64,000 nucleotides of DNA from an uncultured Candidatus Saccharibacteria bacterium (GCA_964426555.1 CAYRQJ010000003.1:1229-65228), one strand, 5' to 3'; positions 20,421-30,853 are shown, counted from the stretch's first letter. Numbers and translations: made by a program. Notes: generated by a model not told the origin, from the letters alone.

Positions 20421-20855
20421 TTACAATATTCCAAGATCTCCTAATGTCCCTGCAATAGAGTCGACACCAGTCTCTACGCCTTTTTTGTAAGCATTCCATT
20501 TTTCTTCACTCCAAATTTCCATTCGTGTTTTTACACCAATCAAAACTACTTTTTGAGATAATGTTGCAAGATTTCTTAAATTTTCAGGAACTAAAATACG
20601 CCCAGATGTATCAACATCCAGTTCCATTGCTTGTCCAAATAAATAACGAGAAAAACTACGAGTATTTTGTTCCAGCATTGAACCACTGGACAATTTATCA
20701 GCAATACGGTTCCATTCAGTTTTTGTAAATAAGAATAAACAAGAATCCAGCCCAGGAGCAACAACAATAGTTTTACCAAGTTCTTTCCTTAGTTTTGTAG
20801 GAAGAGTAATTCTCTTCTTGTCATCTAATGTGTGTGTAAATTCTCCAATTAACAT
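20421..20855 (-). CDS. mraZ: Division/cell-wall cluster repressor MraZ
   Basis: GEFTHTLDDKKRITLP, DTSGRILVP, EIW. Confidence 0.97.
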   Translation of the reverse strand: MLIGEFTHTLDDKKRITLPTKLRKELGKTIVVAPGLDSCLFLFTKTEWNRIADKLSSGSMLEQNTRSFSRYLFGQAMELDVDTSGRILVPENLRNLATLSQKVVLIGVKTRMEIWSEEKWNAYKKGVETGVDSIAGTLGDLGIL

Positions 20856-20898
20856 AATATCTTTGTTTTGTAAGGCTTTTTAGACAAATATTATTTAT

Positions 20899-20944
20899 CC
20901 CACTTCGCCCCACTTAAGTACTATTATACACCACTTTGTCCCAC
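20899..20944 (-). promoter_or_regulatory. MraZ operator repeats (GTGG boxes, about 10-bp period) over the mraZ promoter
   Basis: CCCAC/ACCAC on the + strand at 20899, 20909, 20930 and 20940, flanking a minus-strand TATAAT. Confidence 0.75.
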
Positions 20945-20959
20945 AATACTACAATAAAG

Positions 20960-20968
20960 TTATCCACA
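20960..20968 (+). promoter_or_regulatory. Consensus DnaA box
   Basis: TTATCCACA exact match upstream of mraZ. Confidence 0.5.
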
Positions 20969-21045
20969 ATATTAAAATTAACCCACAAAATATTAGTTTA
21001 CTTGCAAAATTCATAATTTGTTATATAATTTTTAAAATCAACAAA

Positions 21046-21240
21046 ATGGGAAACGATAACTTAAATACGCATCCTGGTATTGATTGTCGTTATGATCAAT
21101 ACACAGAAGAAGCATTGTTTAGAACAACGCTTAAAAATCTTTGTACACTATTAGACGAAGAACCAAAATCTCCTCTAATAAATGGATATGTATGGATACT
21201 TAAAAAACAAAACGAAATATGGCAAACAAGAACTACTTAA
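21046..21240 (+). CDS. Hypothetical protein
   Basis: 64-aa ORF downstream of TTGCAA...TATAAT. Confidence 0.45.
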   Translation: MGNDNLNTHPGIDCRYDQYTEEALFRTTLKNLCTLLDEEPKSPLINGYVWILKKQNEIWQTRTT

Positions 21241-21437
21241 ACGACTATTTTGATTTGCAAGAAAGACTGCAAAACAAAAACCAAATTCCCGCTAATAATA
21301 CTGGCATCGGAAATCTAATAGAAAAAATTGATCCAGAAAATATTCCACCGGAATTAGACCTTCATCTTCGGGGTCAAATTAAAGACATCCCAATTAATAG
21401 TACACCTAGTCAGCCGGATTATGGATACACCTTATAA
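21219..21437 (+). CDS. Hypothetical protein
   Basis: 72-aa ORF ending just before the terminator AAAACCCCGCAATGCGGGGT. Confidence 0.45.
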   Translation: MANKNYLNDYFDLQERLQNKNQIPANNTGIGNLIEKIDPENIPPELDLHLRGQIKDIPINSTPSQPDYGYTL

Positions 21438-21471
21438 AAACCCCGCAATGCGGGGTATTTTTTTATTAAAT

Positions 21472-22956
21472 TTAATCTTGTTTTGGGCGCATTATTGGAA
21501 AATATATTGTGTCTCGAAGATTTTTTTGTTCGGTTAGTATTGCTACAATTCTGTCTATCCCCATTCCAAATCCTGTCATTGGTGGCATACCATGCTCCAT
21601 TGCAGTTAAAAATCTCTCGTCTATTTCCATAGCTTCATCATCACCTGCATTACGAGCAATAGACTGGTCTTCCAATAATTTACGTTGAATTGTTGGATCT
21701 ACTAATTCTGCATATTGGTTTGTTACCTCTACGCCAGCAATTACAAGCTGAGCGACTTCTGCGCTACCGTCGGCATTTTGCTGAGCTAAAGGTTTTAAAA
21801 ATCCAGGATAATTTGTAACAAAAGTTGGGTTGATTAATTTTGGTCTTGCTGTTCTTTTGTAAATATAGTCCAACATATTTGCGCGTCCAGTTTTACTAAT
21901 TTCTTCATCCGGCATTCCGTATTTTTTTACTGATTCACGAAGTTCGGAATCGGTAATATTCATATAATCAATTCCAGCATATTCCATTAACAAATCTCCA
22001 AATTTTTTCTTCAACCATACCCCATCAAAATTTATAGTGTGCTCGTTTTCATCCTTGTCCCAAACCCTAAATTCTGTCTTGCCTATTACATCAGTAGCTA
22101 ATTTTTTCAACAAACTTTCTGTCCAAGAAATATTATCTTGCAGTGTATGATACGCTGCATACCATTCTATCATTGTAAATTCTTGAATGTGCGATGGGTC
22201 GCTACCTTCATTACGAAACATTTTACCTATTTCATATATTTTTGGTATACCACTAGCCATTATCATTTTATGGTCCAGTTCTACTGCAATACGCAGTACC
22301 ATATCCATATCGTAATCATTATGGTGTGTATCAAAAGTCTTGGCGTTAGCACCACCAGCTTGGTTTTGTAATATTGGAGTTTCTACTTCTATAAAACCAA
22401 GATTGTCAAAATGATTACGGATATTAGAAATAATTTTACTACGCATTACCATACGATTATATACAGTAGTATCTGATATCATTTCTAAATATCTTTTACG
22501 GTTTCTCTCGTCATCATCTTGCAACCCTGACCATTTTTCAGGTAATGGTAGTAATGATTTTGTAGCCATAGCCCAAGATAAAGCAAGAATACTATTTTCT
22601 CCACGCTGAGTTGTAAACAAATTTCCAGTTATAGAAATAAAATCACCAATATCTACAGTGTCCGTAAATAAAGAGAATTCTTGTTCACTTAATTCATCTT
22701 TTTTAAATACTGCTTGAAAAATATCTCCGGCATCTAAAATAGTTGCAAACATAATTGCGCCTTGCCCACGAATAGCTAAAATTCTACCAGCAATACTAAC
22801 TGACTGATTTAAGTTTACTAATTCATTAAAATCATTTTTTATTCCAGAAATAGAATGCGTTCGTGGAACGCTAGCTGGATAAGCAGAAATACCATTCTCT
22901 TCTAGAATTTTCTTTTTTGCTAAACGAACATTTTTTAATTCGTCTATACCTGCCAT
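21472..22956 (-). CDS. lysS: Lysine--tRNA ligase (class II)
   Basis: EVETPILQ, YEIGKMFRNEG, GMPPMTGFGMGIDR. Confidence 0.97.
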   Translation of the reverse strand: MAGIDELKNVRLAKKKILEENGISAYPASVPRTHSISGIKNDFNELVNLNQSVSIAGRILAIRGQGAIMFATILDAGDIFQAVFKKDELSEQEFSLFTDTVDIGDFISITGNLFTTQRGENSILALSWAMATKSLLPLPEKWSGLQDDDERNRKRYLEMISDTTVYNRMVMRSKIISNIRNHFDNLGFIEVETPILQNQAGGANAKTFDTHHNDYDMDMVLRIAVELDHKMIMASGIPKIYEIGKMFRNEGSDPSHIQEFTMIEWYAAYHTLQDNISWTESLLKKLATDVIGKTEFRVWDKDENEHTINFDGVWLKKKFGDLLMEYAGIDYMNITDSELRESVKKYGMPDEEISKTGRANMLDYIYKRTARPKLINPTFVTNYPGFLKPLAQQNADGSAEVAQLVIAGVEVTNQYAELVDPTIQRKLLEDQSIARNAGDDEAMEIDERFLTAMEHGMPPMTGFGMGIDRIVAILTEQKNLRDTIYFPIMRPKQD

Positions 22957-22959
22957 ATA

Positions 22960-23424
22960 TTATAAAACTTTTACTACAGTATAGCTAACGTCCCCTTTAG
23001 GAGTATTAACCATAGCAGTATCACCTTTTGATTTACCAAAAATTGCTGCCCCAATAGGAGAGAGATAAGAGATTTTTCCTTCTGAAACATCTGCTTCTTC
23101 AGCCCCAACAATAGTAAATGTTTGTTCAGCTTTTTCACCTTTTTTAAGTATAGTAACAGTTGATCCAACATCAACTTGATTTGATTTAACTTTTGTTACA
23201 ACTTCTGCAACTTGTAGTAAATGCTCAATTTCTGAAATACGGTCTTCGTTACGGCCTTGATCTTCACGAGCTTGGTGATATTCAGCATTTTCTGAAAGGT
23301 CTCCAAGAGACTTGGCAAATTCTAATTGGTCTTTAATTTCTTTACGTTTTTCCCCTAAACGCATTGAAAGCTCTGCTTCTAATTCTTGCTTGTTTTCTTG
23401 GGTTATGATTATTTTGTCTTCCAT
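22960..23424 (-). CDS. greA: Transcription elongation factor GreA
   Basis: GDLSENAEYH, ISYLSPIGAA. Confidence 0.97.
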   Translation of the reverse strand: MEDKIIITQENKQELEAELSMRLGEKRKEIKDQLEFAKSLGDLSENAEYHQAREDQGRNEDRISEIEHLLQVAEVVTKVKSNQVDVGSTVTILKKGEKAEQTFTIVGAEEADVSEGKISYLSPIGAAIFGKSKGDTAMVNTPKGDVSYTVVKVL

Positions 23425-23445
23425 TTAAATACTATAGCATGTTTA

Positions 23446-25164
23446 CTAATTATTTTGAAGATACGTCAAAACTTCAGGATATTCACTACCCAGCTTTATA
23501 AAAAAGTCTCTCATTACAAAACTAGCTGACCTTTCTGCACTAGCAGGTGCTCCTTCCATTAAAACAGCAAAAGCATATTTGGGTTTTTCGTATGGGAAAA
23601 ACCCAATAACCCAAGAATTAATGCGTGCATTACCCACGCCAACTTGAGCAGTTCCTGTTTTTACGGCCATATGCATTTGTGGAATATTCAAAACCGTTGC
23701 GGTACCATCGGTTACCGTCATACGCATTCCTTCGCGAACTACATTATATTCATCTGTTGTATATTTTTTAGGGACATTCTCAATATTTATTTTTTCATTA
23801 AATGAAATACGGGGATGCGGTAAATTTCCACCTGTTGCAATACCCGCCGTGGCTCTGGCCATTTGAATAGGCGTGACTTGCCATCCATACTGACCAATTG
23901 CACTGTTATATGTGTCCCCCAATCTCCAAGCATCTCCGCTGAAAACGCGTTCTTTCCATTCAGGAGTTGGCAAAACTCCTGTAACTTCTCCGGGTAAGAT
24001 TAAATTTGTTTTTGTTGTGATACCAAAATTTTTTGCAACTTCGTCGATACTACTAATACCAATTCCTTTTTGAGATCCATACCCACCACCAACTTGATAA
24101 AAATAAACGTCAGATGATACTGCAATAGCCTTGCGCATATCAGTATAACCATGGGCTTTCCAGTCTTTAAAGATAGTTGGTTGATCAGGATTATATGGGT
24201 TTGGTACTGACAATGTACCCGTTGAAAGAATACTGACATACGGAGTAATGACTTTTTTGTTTAATGCTTCTATTGCAATAAAAGGTTTAACAATAGACCC
24301 TGGAGCATATGAACCTTGGAATACTCGATTTAAGAAAATAGACCTCTTGTCGTTAAAATATTCATTTACAATTTCTTTTTCTTTATTCTGAGAAATAATT
24401 CCACTTTTATATTCAGGATAAGAAACCATCGATAAAACATCTCCGTTTGTAATATCCATAATTACGGCTCCTCCTCCACGATAACCCATATCGTTAGCTA
24501 AAGAATTCATAGACCGATACATTACATCACTCATTCGTAAATCAATAGTTAAATTTATTTTTTCTCCAGATTTAGGGATTTGGGCTAAATTAGTAGACAA
24601 TATTTTACCAGTAACATCTACTTCTATTAATCTTGCACCATTCTCCCCAGTTAGTAAATTATTATATAATTTTTCTATACCATCTTTACCAATAAAAGAT
24701 GACTGCCAATAATTACCATTGTTATCTTTTTTAGGATAAGAAACATATCCAACAATATGTCCAACTCCGGATTTATCGGTATACAGCCTGTCTGGGATAT
24801 CTTCTAAGGTTTCTTCAAATTCTGCCCCATCTTTTTCTAATGCATTCCAAGCCAAAAGTTCACCATTTCTATCTTCAATGACTCCACGCCGTGCAAATAA
24901 AGGTATTTCATTTAGTCGATTATTCTCAGATCTTTTTGCAAATCTTTCGCCTTGGAACAATTGTAAATATGCGGCTTTTATACCAAGTAATATAAAAAAA
25001 GTAAATATAATAAAGAGCAATGCAGCAATAGTTTTTTTGTTTATGGTTTGTTCAATTGTTCCTTCTTTTTGAGAACGATCAAAAACCGGCATGTTTGCGC
25101 TATCTAAAAAAACAGTATCTACATCAAAAGATGAATATTTTTTCTTTTTATTAAATAATCCCAT
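23446..25164 (-). CDS. mrdA: Penicillin-binding protein 2 (MrdA-like)
   Basis: PGSIVK, SSDVYFY, AIGQ, KTGTAQ. Confidence 0.88.
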   Translation of the reverse strand: MGLFNKKKKYSSFDVDTVFLDSANMPVFDRSQKEGTIEQTINKKTIAALLFIIFTFFILLGIKAAYLQLFQGERFAKRSENNRLNEIPLFARRGVIEDRNGELLAWNALEKDGAEFEETLEDIPDRLYTDKSGVGHIVGYVSYPKKDNNGNYWQSSFIGKDGIEKLYNNLLTGENGARLIEVDVTGKILSTNLAQIPKSGEKINLTIDLRMSDVMYRSMNSLANDMGYRGGGAVIMDITNGDVLSMVSYPEYKSGIISQNKEKEIVNEYFNDKRSIFLNRVFQGSYAPGSIVKPFIAIEALNKKVITPYVSILSTGTLSVPNPYNPDQPTIFKDWKAHGYTDMRKAIAVSSDVYFYQVGGGYGSQKGIGISSIDEVAKNFGITTKTNLILPGEVTGVLPTPEWKERVFSGDAWRLGDTYNSAIGQYGWQVTPIQMARATAGIATGGNLPHPRISFNEKINIENVPKKYTTDEYNVVREGMRMTVTDGTATVLNIPQMHMAVKTGTAQVGVGNARINSWVIGFFPYEKPKYAFAVLMEGAPASAERSASFVMRDFFIKLGSEYPEVLTYLQNN

Positions 25165-25165
25165 A

Positions 25166-25435
25166 CTATCTTCTTATATACGGTTTTAGAATATAAAACA
25201 AGAGTATTAGAATAATTGTAATTATTGAAAAAATGAATTGTCTACTTCCACTGGAGACAGCATCATAAATCAACATTATTGGTAAGATACTTAGTAATGG
25301 AATAGGTGCAATGTATACCAAAATAAATAAAGCAATTATTTGAATACTTAGAATATTTATAAAAATAAAAACTAAAATTAATACAATAGTAGCAATTATT
25401 TTTAAGTAATTATTTTTAGCTGTGTCTATTCCCAT
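25166..25435 (-). CDS. Small hydrophobic membrane protein
   Basis: 89 aa, about 3 TM, directly upstream of PBP2. Confidence 0.6.
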   Translation of the reverse strand: MGIDTAKNNYLKIIATIVLILVFIFINILSIQIIALFILVYIAPIPLLSILPIMLIYDAVSSGSRQFIFSIITIILILLFYILKPYIRR

Positions 25436-26222
25436 GACGATGAATCTTTCGAATAATAAATCGCAAAATTATAAATACAAATAACAAACAAACTCCGTAA
25501 AATAAATATGCATTACTTAGAATATAAGCAATTGCCCCAAGAATCCAGGCATAAATATATTGTACAGGGGTAAGCAAGCTTCCGTCTGAGCGTGGTAGTG
25601 ATGATCTTAATTCTTGCAGTCTTTTTTCGTATTGCTGATTTTGTTTTACACTTTCGGTTATGTCTTTACGAATATCGATAATTTTTTTCTCGGCATCTAT
25701 TAAAAAATCTTGACGATAAGCATCAATCCCGCTTCCTGATTCTGGTACTACTTGGTTTTCGCTAGAAACAGTATATTCTTTAAATAGATTATCTTCTTTT
25801 ACTCCACCTTGTGTGTATATAGTTGTGCGAGCTTCTCTATTTTTTAAAACAACTAATTCTTTGGGTTTTTTAGGTAACGTTATATAAGTATCTTCCAATT
25901 TTAAAACAAAATTATTTATTCCAGGGCTTGCGTTCCATTCTAAAGAAAATCCAGAAAATTCTCCCACCTTTAAACTAAAGGCTTTTTCAGCTATTTTTTT
26001 ATCATTATTATATAATCTTGCAACACCACTAATTAACCCGCCAGATTCGTTATAAAAAGGCATTGAAATTCGGACCATTTCTCCTGAAACAGGTGAATCA
26101 TTTGACACTAAAATTTTATCACCGGTCAAACCAGCGTTACTTAATGTTTCAGCAAAAGACAAATTAGCAAAAATAACTAAAAAACTGGCAAGTACAAATT
26201 TTAAAATTATATTTTTTTTCAT
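25416..26222 (-). CDS. Exported protein with Ig-like domain and C-terminal TM anchor
   Basis: Signal peptide, beta-rich region, coiled coil, C-terminal TM. Confidence 0.65.
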   Translation of the reverse strand: MKKNIILKFVLASFLVIFANLSFAETLSNAGLTGDKILVSNDSPVSGEMVRISMPFYNESGGLISGVARLYNNDKKIAEKAFSLKVGEFSGFSLEWNASPGINNFVLKLEDTYITLPKKPKELVVLKNREARTTIYTQGGVKEDNLFKEYTVSSENQVVPESGSGIDAYRQDFLIDAEKKIIDIRKDITESVKQNQQYEKRLQELRSSLPRSDGSLLTPVQYIYAWILGAIAYILSNAYLFYGVCLLFVFIILRFIIRKIHRHGNRHS

Positions 26223-27625
26223 ACAAAAGCTTTGATTAATTCTTCTTTGTCATCAAAATGATTTTTAACACCATTTATTTCTTGATAATCTTCGTGACCT
26301 TTACCTAATACCATTATAATGTCTCCTTCGCGAGCAATTTCTTTTGATTTTATTATTGCACCGTGGCGGTCAATAATAGTAAATACTTCTTTACCTAATT
26401 CTTCCGGTAAACCAGACTTCATTTCGTTTATTATAGATTCTGGGTCTTCATTGCGTGGGTTGTCGGATGTAAGAATTATTATATCAGCCATATCGTATGC
26501 AATACGCGCCATTACAGGTCTTTTTGATTTGTCTCTGTCTCCACCACAACCCAAAAGTGCAATAATTCTACCTTCTGTATTTATTTCTTTAGCTGCAGCT
26601 AATACATTTTCTACACCATCCGGAGTATGAGCATAATCCACAATGGCTTTAATATTGTTTTGTTCTACAGCTAATTCAAATCGTCCACGAGGAGCATCTA
26701 TTTCTTTGATAATTTTCTTTATATGATCTTCCTCAAAACCCAGTACTTTAAATACGGAATACGCCGCTAAGATATTATACTGGTTAAATCTTCCAATTAA
26801 TTTTGAATCTATAATTTCACCAAAATCTACTGTATTACTAAAACCATAGGTATAAACATTGGCCAATGTGTCTTTAACCATCATGCGTCCATATTCGTCG
26901 TCGGTATTAGTTATTGCCCATGCATTTTCACCCAAAGAATTAAAGAAATCTTTTTTTGCATTGGCGTAATTTTCGATAGTGTGATGAAAGTCTAAATGGT
27001 CATGTGATAAATTTGTAAATACTCCGCCAATAAAATTTACCCCATTTATCCGGTCTTGAACTACTGCATGAGAAGAAACTTCCATTACGGCGTATTCACA
27101 GTTTGCTTCTACCATTTCAAGAAATAATTTATGTAGTGCTATTGCGTCGGGTGTGGTTGGGGTTAGTCTTACAGTTTTTGCTGGATTTTCGTTTATAAAA
27201 TCTCCAAGTGTCCCAATTAACCCAACACGGCGATGGAAACCCATAAACATTTTATAGATTATATTAGTAACAGTTGTTTTACCGTTTGTACCAGTAACTC
27301 CTATAATTTTTAGCTTACTACTGGGGTTACCATAAAAAATACTAGCAACAGGACCAACTACTGTATTTGTGTCGTCTACTAATATGTACATGACCCCATC
27401 AGATAATTCCACAGGTAATACTTCACAAAAAATAACATTAGCCCCACTGTTAACAGCATTTGTAATATAATCGTGCCCATCCAGATTATTGCCCTTGATA
27501 GCAAAAAAACATGTGCTATCTGCAACTTCGTTTGAGTTAGTAGTAAGGTCATTTACCGTAGCAGTATTTGTACCATGAATTGTAAATTTAAAAGTTACCT
27601 GATTTAAAATTTCGTTTATGTCCAT
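26219..27625 (-). CDS. murE: UDP-MurNAc-L-Ala-D-Glu--meso-DAP ligase
   Basis: GVTGTNGKTT, MEVSSH, DYAHTPD, GCGGDRD, DNPR (DAP-type). Confidence 0.96.
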   Translation of the reverse strand: MDINEILNQVTFKFTIHGTNTATVNDLTTNSNEVADSTCFFAIKGNNLDGHDYITNAVNSGANVIFCEVLPVELSDGVMYILVDDTNTVVGPVASIFYGNPSSKLKIIGVTGTNGKTTVTNIIYKMFMGFHRRVGLIGTLGDFINENPAKTVRLTPTTPDAIALHKLFLEMVEANCEYAVMEVSSHAVVQDRINGVNFIGGVFTNLSHDHLDFHHTIENYANAKKDFFNSLGENAWAITNTDDEYGRMMVKDTLANVYTYGFSNTVDFGEIIDSKLIGRFNQYNILAAYSVFKVLGFEEDHIKKIIKEIDAPRGRFELAVEQNNIKAIVDYAHTPDGVENVLAAAKEINTEGRIIALLGCGGDRDKSKRPVMARIAYDMADIIILTSDNPRNEDPESIINEMKSGLPEELGKEVFTIIDRHGAIIKSKEIAREGDIIMVLGKGHEDYQEINGVKNHFDDKEELIKAFV

Positions 27626-27727
27626 AAAATTATTATAGCATTAAACTGTTTGCTTTGAATAAATATTTAATTTGCTAAATTGTATTTATTGTGTTTAAAT
27701 TTATAAAATCCTAAAAGAAAACAGCAG

Positions 27728-28201
27728 ATGAAAAACTTAGTAACAATTGAAGAAGATCAAAATAAAATTGCTTTAATTAAAGGTATGGAAATTATGCAAG
27801 GAAGCCAAGGAGATGACTACATTAAATCTGGTAAAGATATACTACCAGCCAATTTAATGCGCATATATTTAAAAAGAGAACATTTATTTGATAAATCTCT
27901 TCGAAAAATAAATGGTATCCATAAAGAATTTGTAGAAGAAGGTATGTTTTATCATATACAAAAAATTGATGCATTTATACTGTGCGACAATAAATTCAAC
28001 AAAAATAATTCTCAAATTAGCGTTTTATCAAAAATTTCAAATATTAAAATTAATGGCAATTCAAATTATTTCAGGAAAAGAAACCCTGACCCAATATTTA
28101 AATTAATAAATATAATGCCAGGTTCAAGTATTGAATTTTTTTGCAAAAACAAAAGAATTATTACCTACGAAGAAATTTTTAAATTTATAAATGATGAATA
28201 A
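27728..28201 (+). CDS. Hypothetical protein
   Basis: 157-aa ORF, no recognisable motif. Confidence 0.55.
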   Translation: MKNLVTIEEDQNKIALIKGMEIMQGSQGDDYIKSGKDILPANLMRIYLKREHLFDKSLRKINGIHKEFVEEGMFYHIQKIDAFILCDNKFNKNNSQISVLSKISNIKINGNSNYFRKRNPDPIFKLINIMPGSSIEFFCKNKRIITYEEIFKFINDE

Positions 28202-28215
28202 TATTCATCATTTTT

Positions 28216-29688
28216 TTATTTGTCTAAATCTAGCGTTTCGTCTATACGAATTGCACTAACAAATTCTGGAACGTGCGAAACCAATATCATAGCCCCAGTA
28301 AACTGGTTTAATGCTTCTGCAATTACAGGAATATGACGGAAATTTATATGGTTTGTTGGTTCGTCCAGTATTAATAGACCTGGTTTCTCAAGAACAAGAC
28401 GTGCAAAAGCCACAAGTCCTTTTTGACCTTCGGATAATGTACCAAATTTTGTGTTAATTAATTCCCCAGTTATTAAAAAGCTAGCTGCAGCACTACGCAA
28501 TGTTTCTTCGCGTGTAATTGTGCCAGATTTTTCCATGGCTTCAATTAAAATTTCATGAACAGTATGGTCAAAATTCATGTTTGAGAAATCTTGCCGATAA
28601 TAACCAATACGTACAGCTTTATCTACCATTACACCTTCTTCTGCCCTTTCAGCTATTTTTTCCAGTAATGTAGATTTACCAATACCATTAGGACCACGCA
28701 ACAGTAAATGCTGATTTTTCTTTAAAGTAATATTAGCTTTTCTAGAACTGGCTTTACCATTTTTAATAACAGTAAAAGAAGAAATTGTAGCAATAATACC
28801 CAATACTTCTTCCTGAGTTGGAATGCGAAAACTTTTTATTGTTTTATCTTCTTGTCTTACTTCTACTAGTTCATCTTCAAGATCTTCGGCAAGTTCACGC
28901 ATTTTCTTAGCAACAAGACGCATTTGCCCACCTTTGAAAGCAAATTGGTTGGCTTTTTCCTTTTTGGCAATAATAGTTTTTTGTAATTGAGCATTCTTCA
29001 TGTTTTCTCGTTCTACACGAACAGTAATGTTACCCAGTACATCGTTGTAGTTACCACTGTATTGTTCAATAATTTTTGTATGTACATCTAAATACAAGAC
29101 TCCATGAGTAAATGCATTCAAAAATTCTGCATCGTGAGAAATAACCAAAACTGTTTTTTTGTATTTTACAAGAAAGTCTGTAAGGTGTTCTATTCCTGCT
29201 TTGTCTAAATTATTTGTTGGTTCGTCTAATAGTAATATATCCGGTTCTTGAATTAAAGCCGATGCAAGTAGTATGCGTGCTAATTGCCCACCAGAAAAAC
29301 TTTTAATTATTCTGTCGTGGACTTTTTCGTGTCCTTTCAAATTTACAATTTCCAAAACATCGTCAATTCGTGGGTCAATGTCGTAAACGACTTTTGTAAA
29401 ACATTTTTGAAAGAATTCTCTTACAGTTAAATCCATTTCGTCGCGTGGAATAACTTGCCGAGCAATAGCAATACTGGCACCTGTAGCAATGTGGATTTCT
29501 CCTTCTTCAGGTTTATGTGCCCCGGTAATAAGACCAAACAATGTTGACTTACCAGCACCATTTTGTCCCATAATAGTAATTTTTGACCCGCGACGTACAG
29601 AAAAAGAAACCTGACTCAAAATAGGTTTATTATATCCATATTCAAACGAAACTTTGTTGAATCGTATTACGACGCCGTTATCTGCCAT
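28216..29688 (-). CDS. ABC-F family ATPase
   Basis: Two ABC cassettes (GQNGAGKST, SGGQ, LLLDEPTN; GPNGIGKST, LSEGQ, LDEPTNH), no TM. Confidence 0.92.
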   Translation of the reverse strand: MADNGVVIRFNKVSFEYGYNKPILSQVSFSVRRGSKITIMGQNGAGKSTLFGLITGAHKPEEGEIHIATGASIAIARQVIPRDEMDLTVREFFQKCFTKVVYDIDPRIDDVLEIVNLKGHEKVHDRIIKSFSGGQLARILLASALIQEPDILLLDEPTNNLDKAGIEHLTDFLVKYKKTVLVISHDAEFLNAFTHGVLYLDVHTKIIEQYSGNYNDVLGNITVRVERENMKNAQLQKTIIAKKEKANQFAFKGGQMRLVAKKMRELAEDLEDELVEVRQEDKTIKSFRIPTQEEVLGIIATISSFTVIKNGKASSRKANITLKKNQHLLLRGPNGIGKSTLLEKIAERAEEGVMVDKAVRIGYYRQDFSNMNFDHTVHEILIEAMEKSGTITREETLRSAAASFLITGELINTKFGTLSEGQKGLVAFARLVLEKPGLLILDEPTNHINFRHIPVIAEALNQFTGAMILVSHVPEFVSAIRIDETLDLDK

Positions 29689-29808
29689 GTATGTAGCTAC
29701 ATTACACTAAAAACTGATAAATTCAAAATTATTATCTTAATAATTAGCTTTACTTGTACTATAGGTATATACTAACTATAGTACTTAATAGCTAACAAAT
29801 AAATATTT

Positions 29809-30180
29809 ATGTCAAAAAAAATAGCGCCGAAGAAAAACCAGACTGGTAAAATAGTCGCAGGGGCAATTGGTATTGCCGCAATTAGTGCAGTTGCTTATTT
29901 ACTAATGGGTCCCAATGGTAAAAAGAATCGCAAAGATTTAAAAGCCTGGATGCTAAAAATGAAAGCTGAAGTTGCTGAAAAAATAGAAGGACTAAAAGAT
30001 ATAACAAAAGATAAATACGACAATATAGTTGATGAAGTTTCTAAAAAATATAGCAAGATTAAAAATATAGACCAGTCAGATTTAAACAACGAAATTAATC
30101 ACCTTAAAAAAGAATGGTCAAAAATAACAAATGCTGGGAAAAAGAAAGTTGTAAAAAAATTAACAAAGAAAACCAAATAA
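29809..30180 (+). CDS. YtxH-like protein
   Basis: GAIGIAAISAVAYLLMGPNGKKNRK followed by a coiled coil. Confidence 0.65.
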   Translation: MSKKIAPKKNQTGKIVAGAIGIAAISAVAYLLMGPNGKKNRKDLKAWMLKMKAEVAEKIEGLKDITKDKYDNIVDEVSKKYSKIKNIDQSDLNNEINHLKKEWSKITNAGKKKVVKKLTKKTK

Positions 30181-30184
30181 ATTT

Positions 30185-30322
30185 ATGTTAGAAACAATTG
30201 CAATAATTTTAATATTTCTTTGGGTTTTAGGATTTGTTGGTTTTCATATGGTGGGTGGATTTATTCATATACTGCTAGTTGTAGCTATAATTATGTTTTT
30301 GGTAAGATTTATTCGAGGATAA
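30185..30322 (+). CDS. lmo0937/DUF5670-family small membrane protein (not in the ORF track)
   Basis: Hand translation MLETIAIILIFLWVLGFVGFHMVGGFIHILLVVAIIMFLVRFIRG*. Confidence 0.85.
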   Translation: MLETIAIILIFLWVLGFVGFHMVGGFIHILLVVAIIMFLVRFIRG

Positions 30323-30397
30323 ACTGTATGCCATATAAATATATAAAATCCCGGAATACGGGGTTTTATATATTTATGCTAGAATACATTTATGGAT

Positions 30398-30589
30398 CCC
30401 GTTAGAGATGATGTTGTTAAACAATTATACGAAAATTATAAATACAGAATTATAGTAAAAATAATAAGCGTTATTTAATTAAAGACGGAAACGCCTAATA
30501 TATCATGGAACAAAGTTATATAAAATTATTAATTAATAAAATAGGAGTACCTGATTTACAAGGATTAGGCGATTCCTATCTCTAACGGG
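30398..30589 (+). mobile_element. Start-codon-abutting inverted-repeat element, copy A (192 bp)
   Basis: Perfect 14-bp IR ATCCCGTTAGAGAT/ATCTCTAACGGGAT; GGG abuts the ATG at 30590; ATGGA present on both sides. Confidence 0.75.
30505..30585 (+). CDS. Element-borne mini-ORF (26 aa)
   Basis: MEQSYIKLLINKIGVPDLQGLGDSYL*; TAA lies in the right IR, 4 nt before the host ATG. Confidence 0.4.
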   Translation: MEQSYIKLLINKIGVPDLQGLGDSYL

Positions 30590-30853
30590 ATGGAAACACT
30601 AATACACGCTGATATATTTTTCTTTATTGCATCTATTGCAACTATTATTTTTGTAATCTTAATTTCAATTGCATTGTTTTATTTAATAGGAATATTGAAA
30701 AATGTTAAAAATGCTACAAATTTACTACATGGTAAAATTGAAACCGCTAGCGACAATTTAGAAGCAATGCGCCGAAAAATATCTGAAAGCTTAATTTTTA
30801 ATCTTATCTTCGCCCCAAAGCCCAAAAAAGCTAAACATACTAAGAAAGACTAG
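30590..30853 (+). CDS. Small membrane protein
   Basis: METLIHADIFFFIASIA...; N-terminal TM plus coiled coil. Confidence 0.75.
   Translation: METLIHADIFFFIASIATIIFVILISIALFYLIGILKNVKNATNLLHGKIETASDNLEAMRRKISESLIFNLIFAPKPKKAKHTKKD

Noticed and set aside
21046-21437. Two overlapping small ORFs as a toxin-antitoxin pair or frameshifted gene
   Set aside because: No recognisable motif or slippery site; left as hypothetical.
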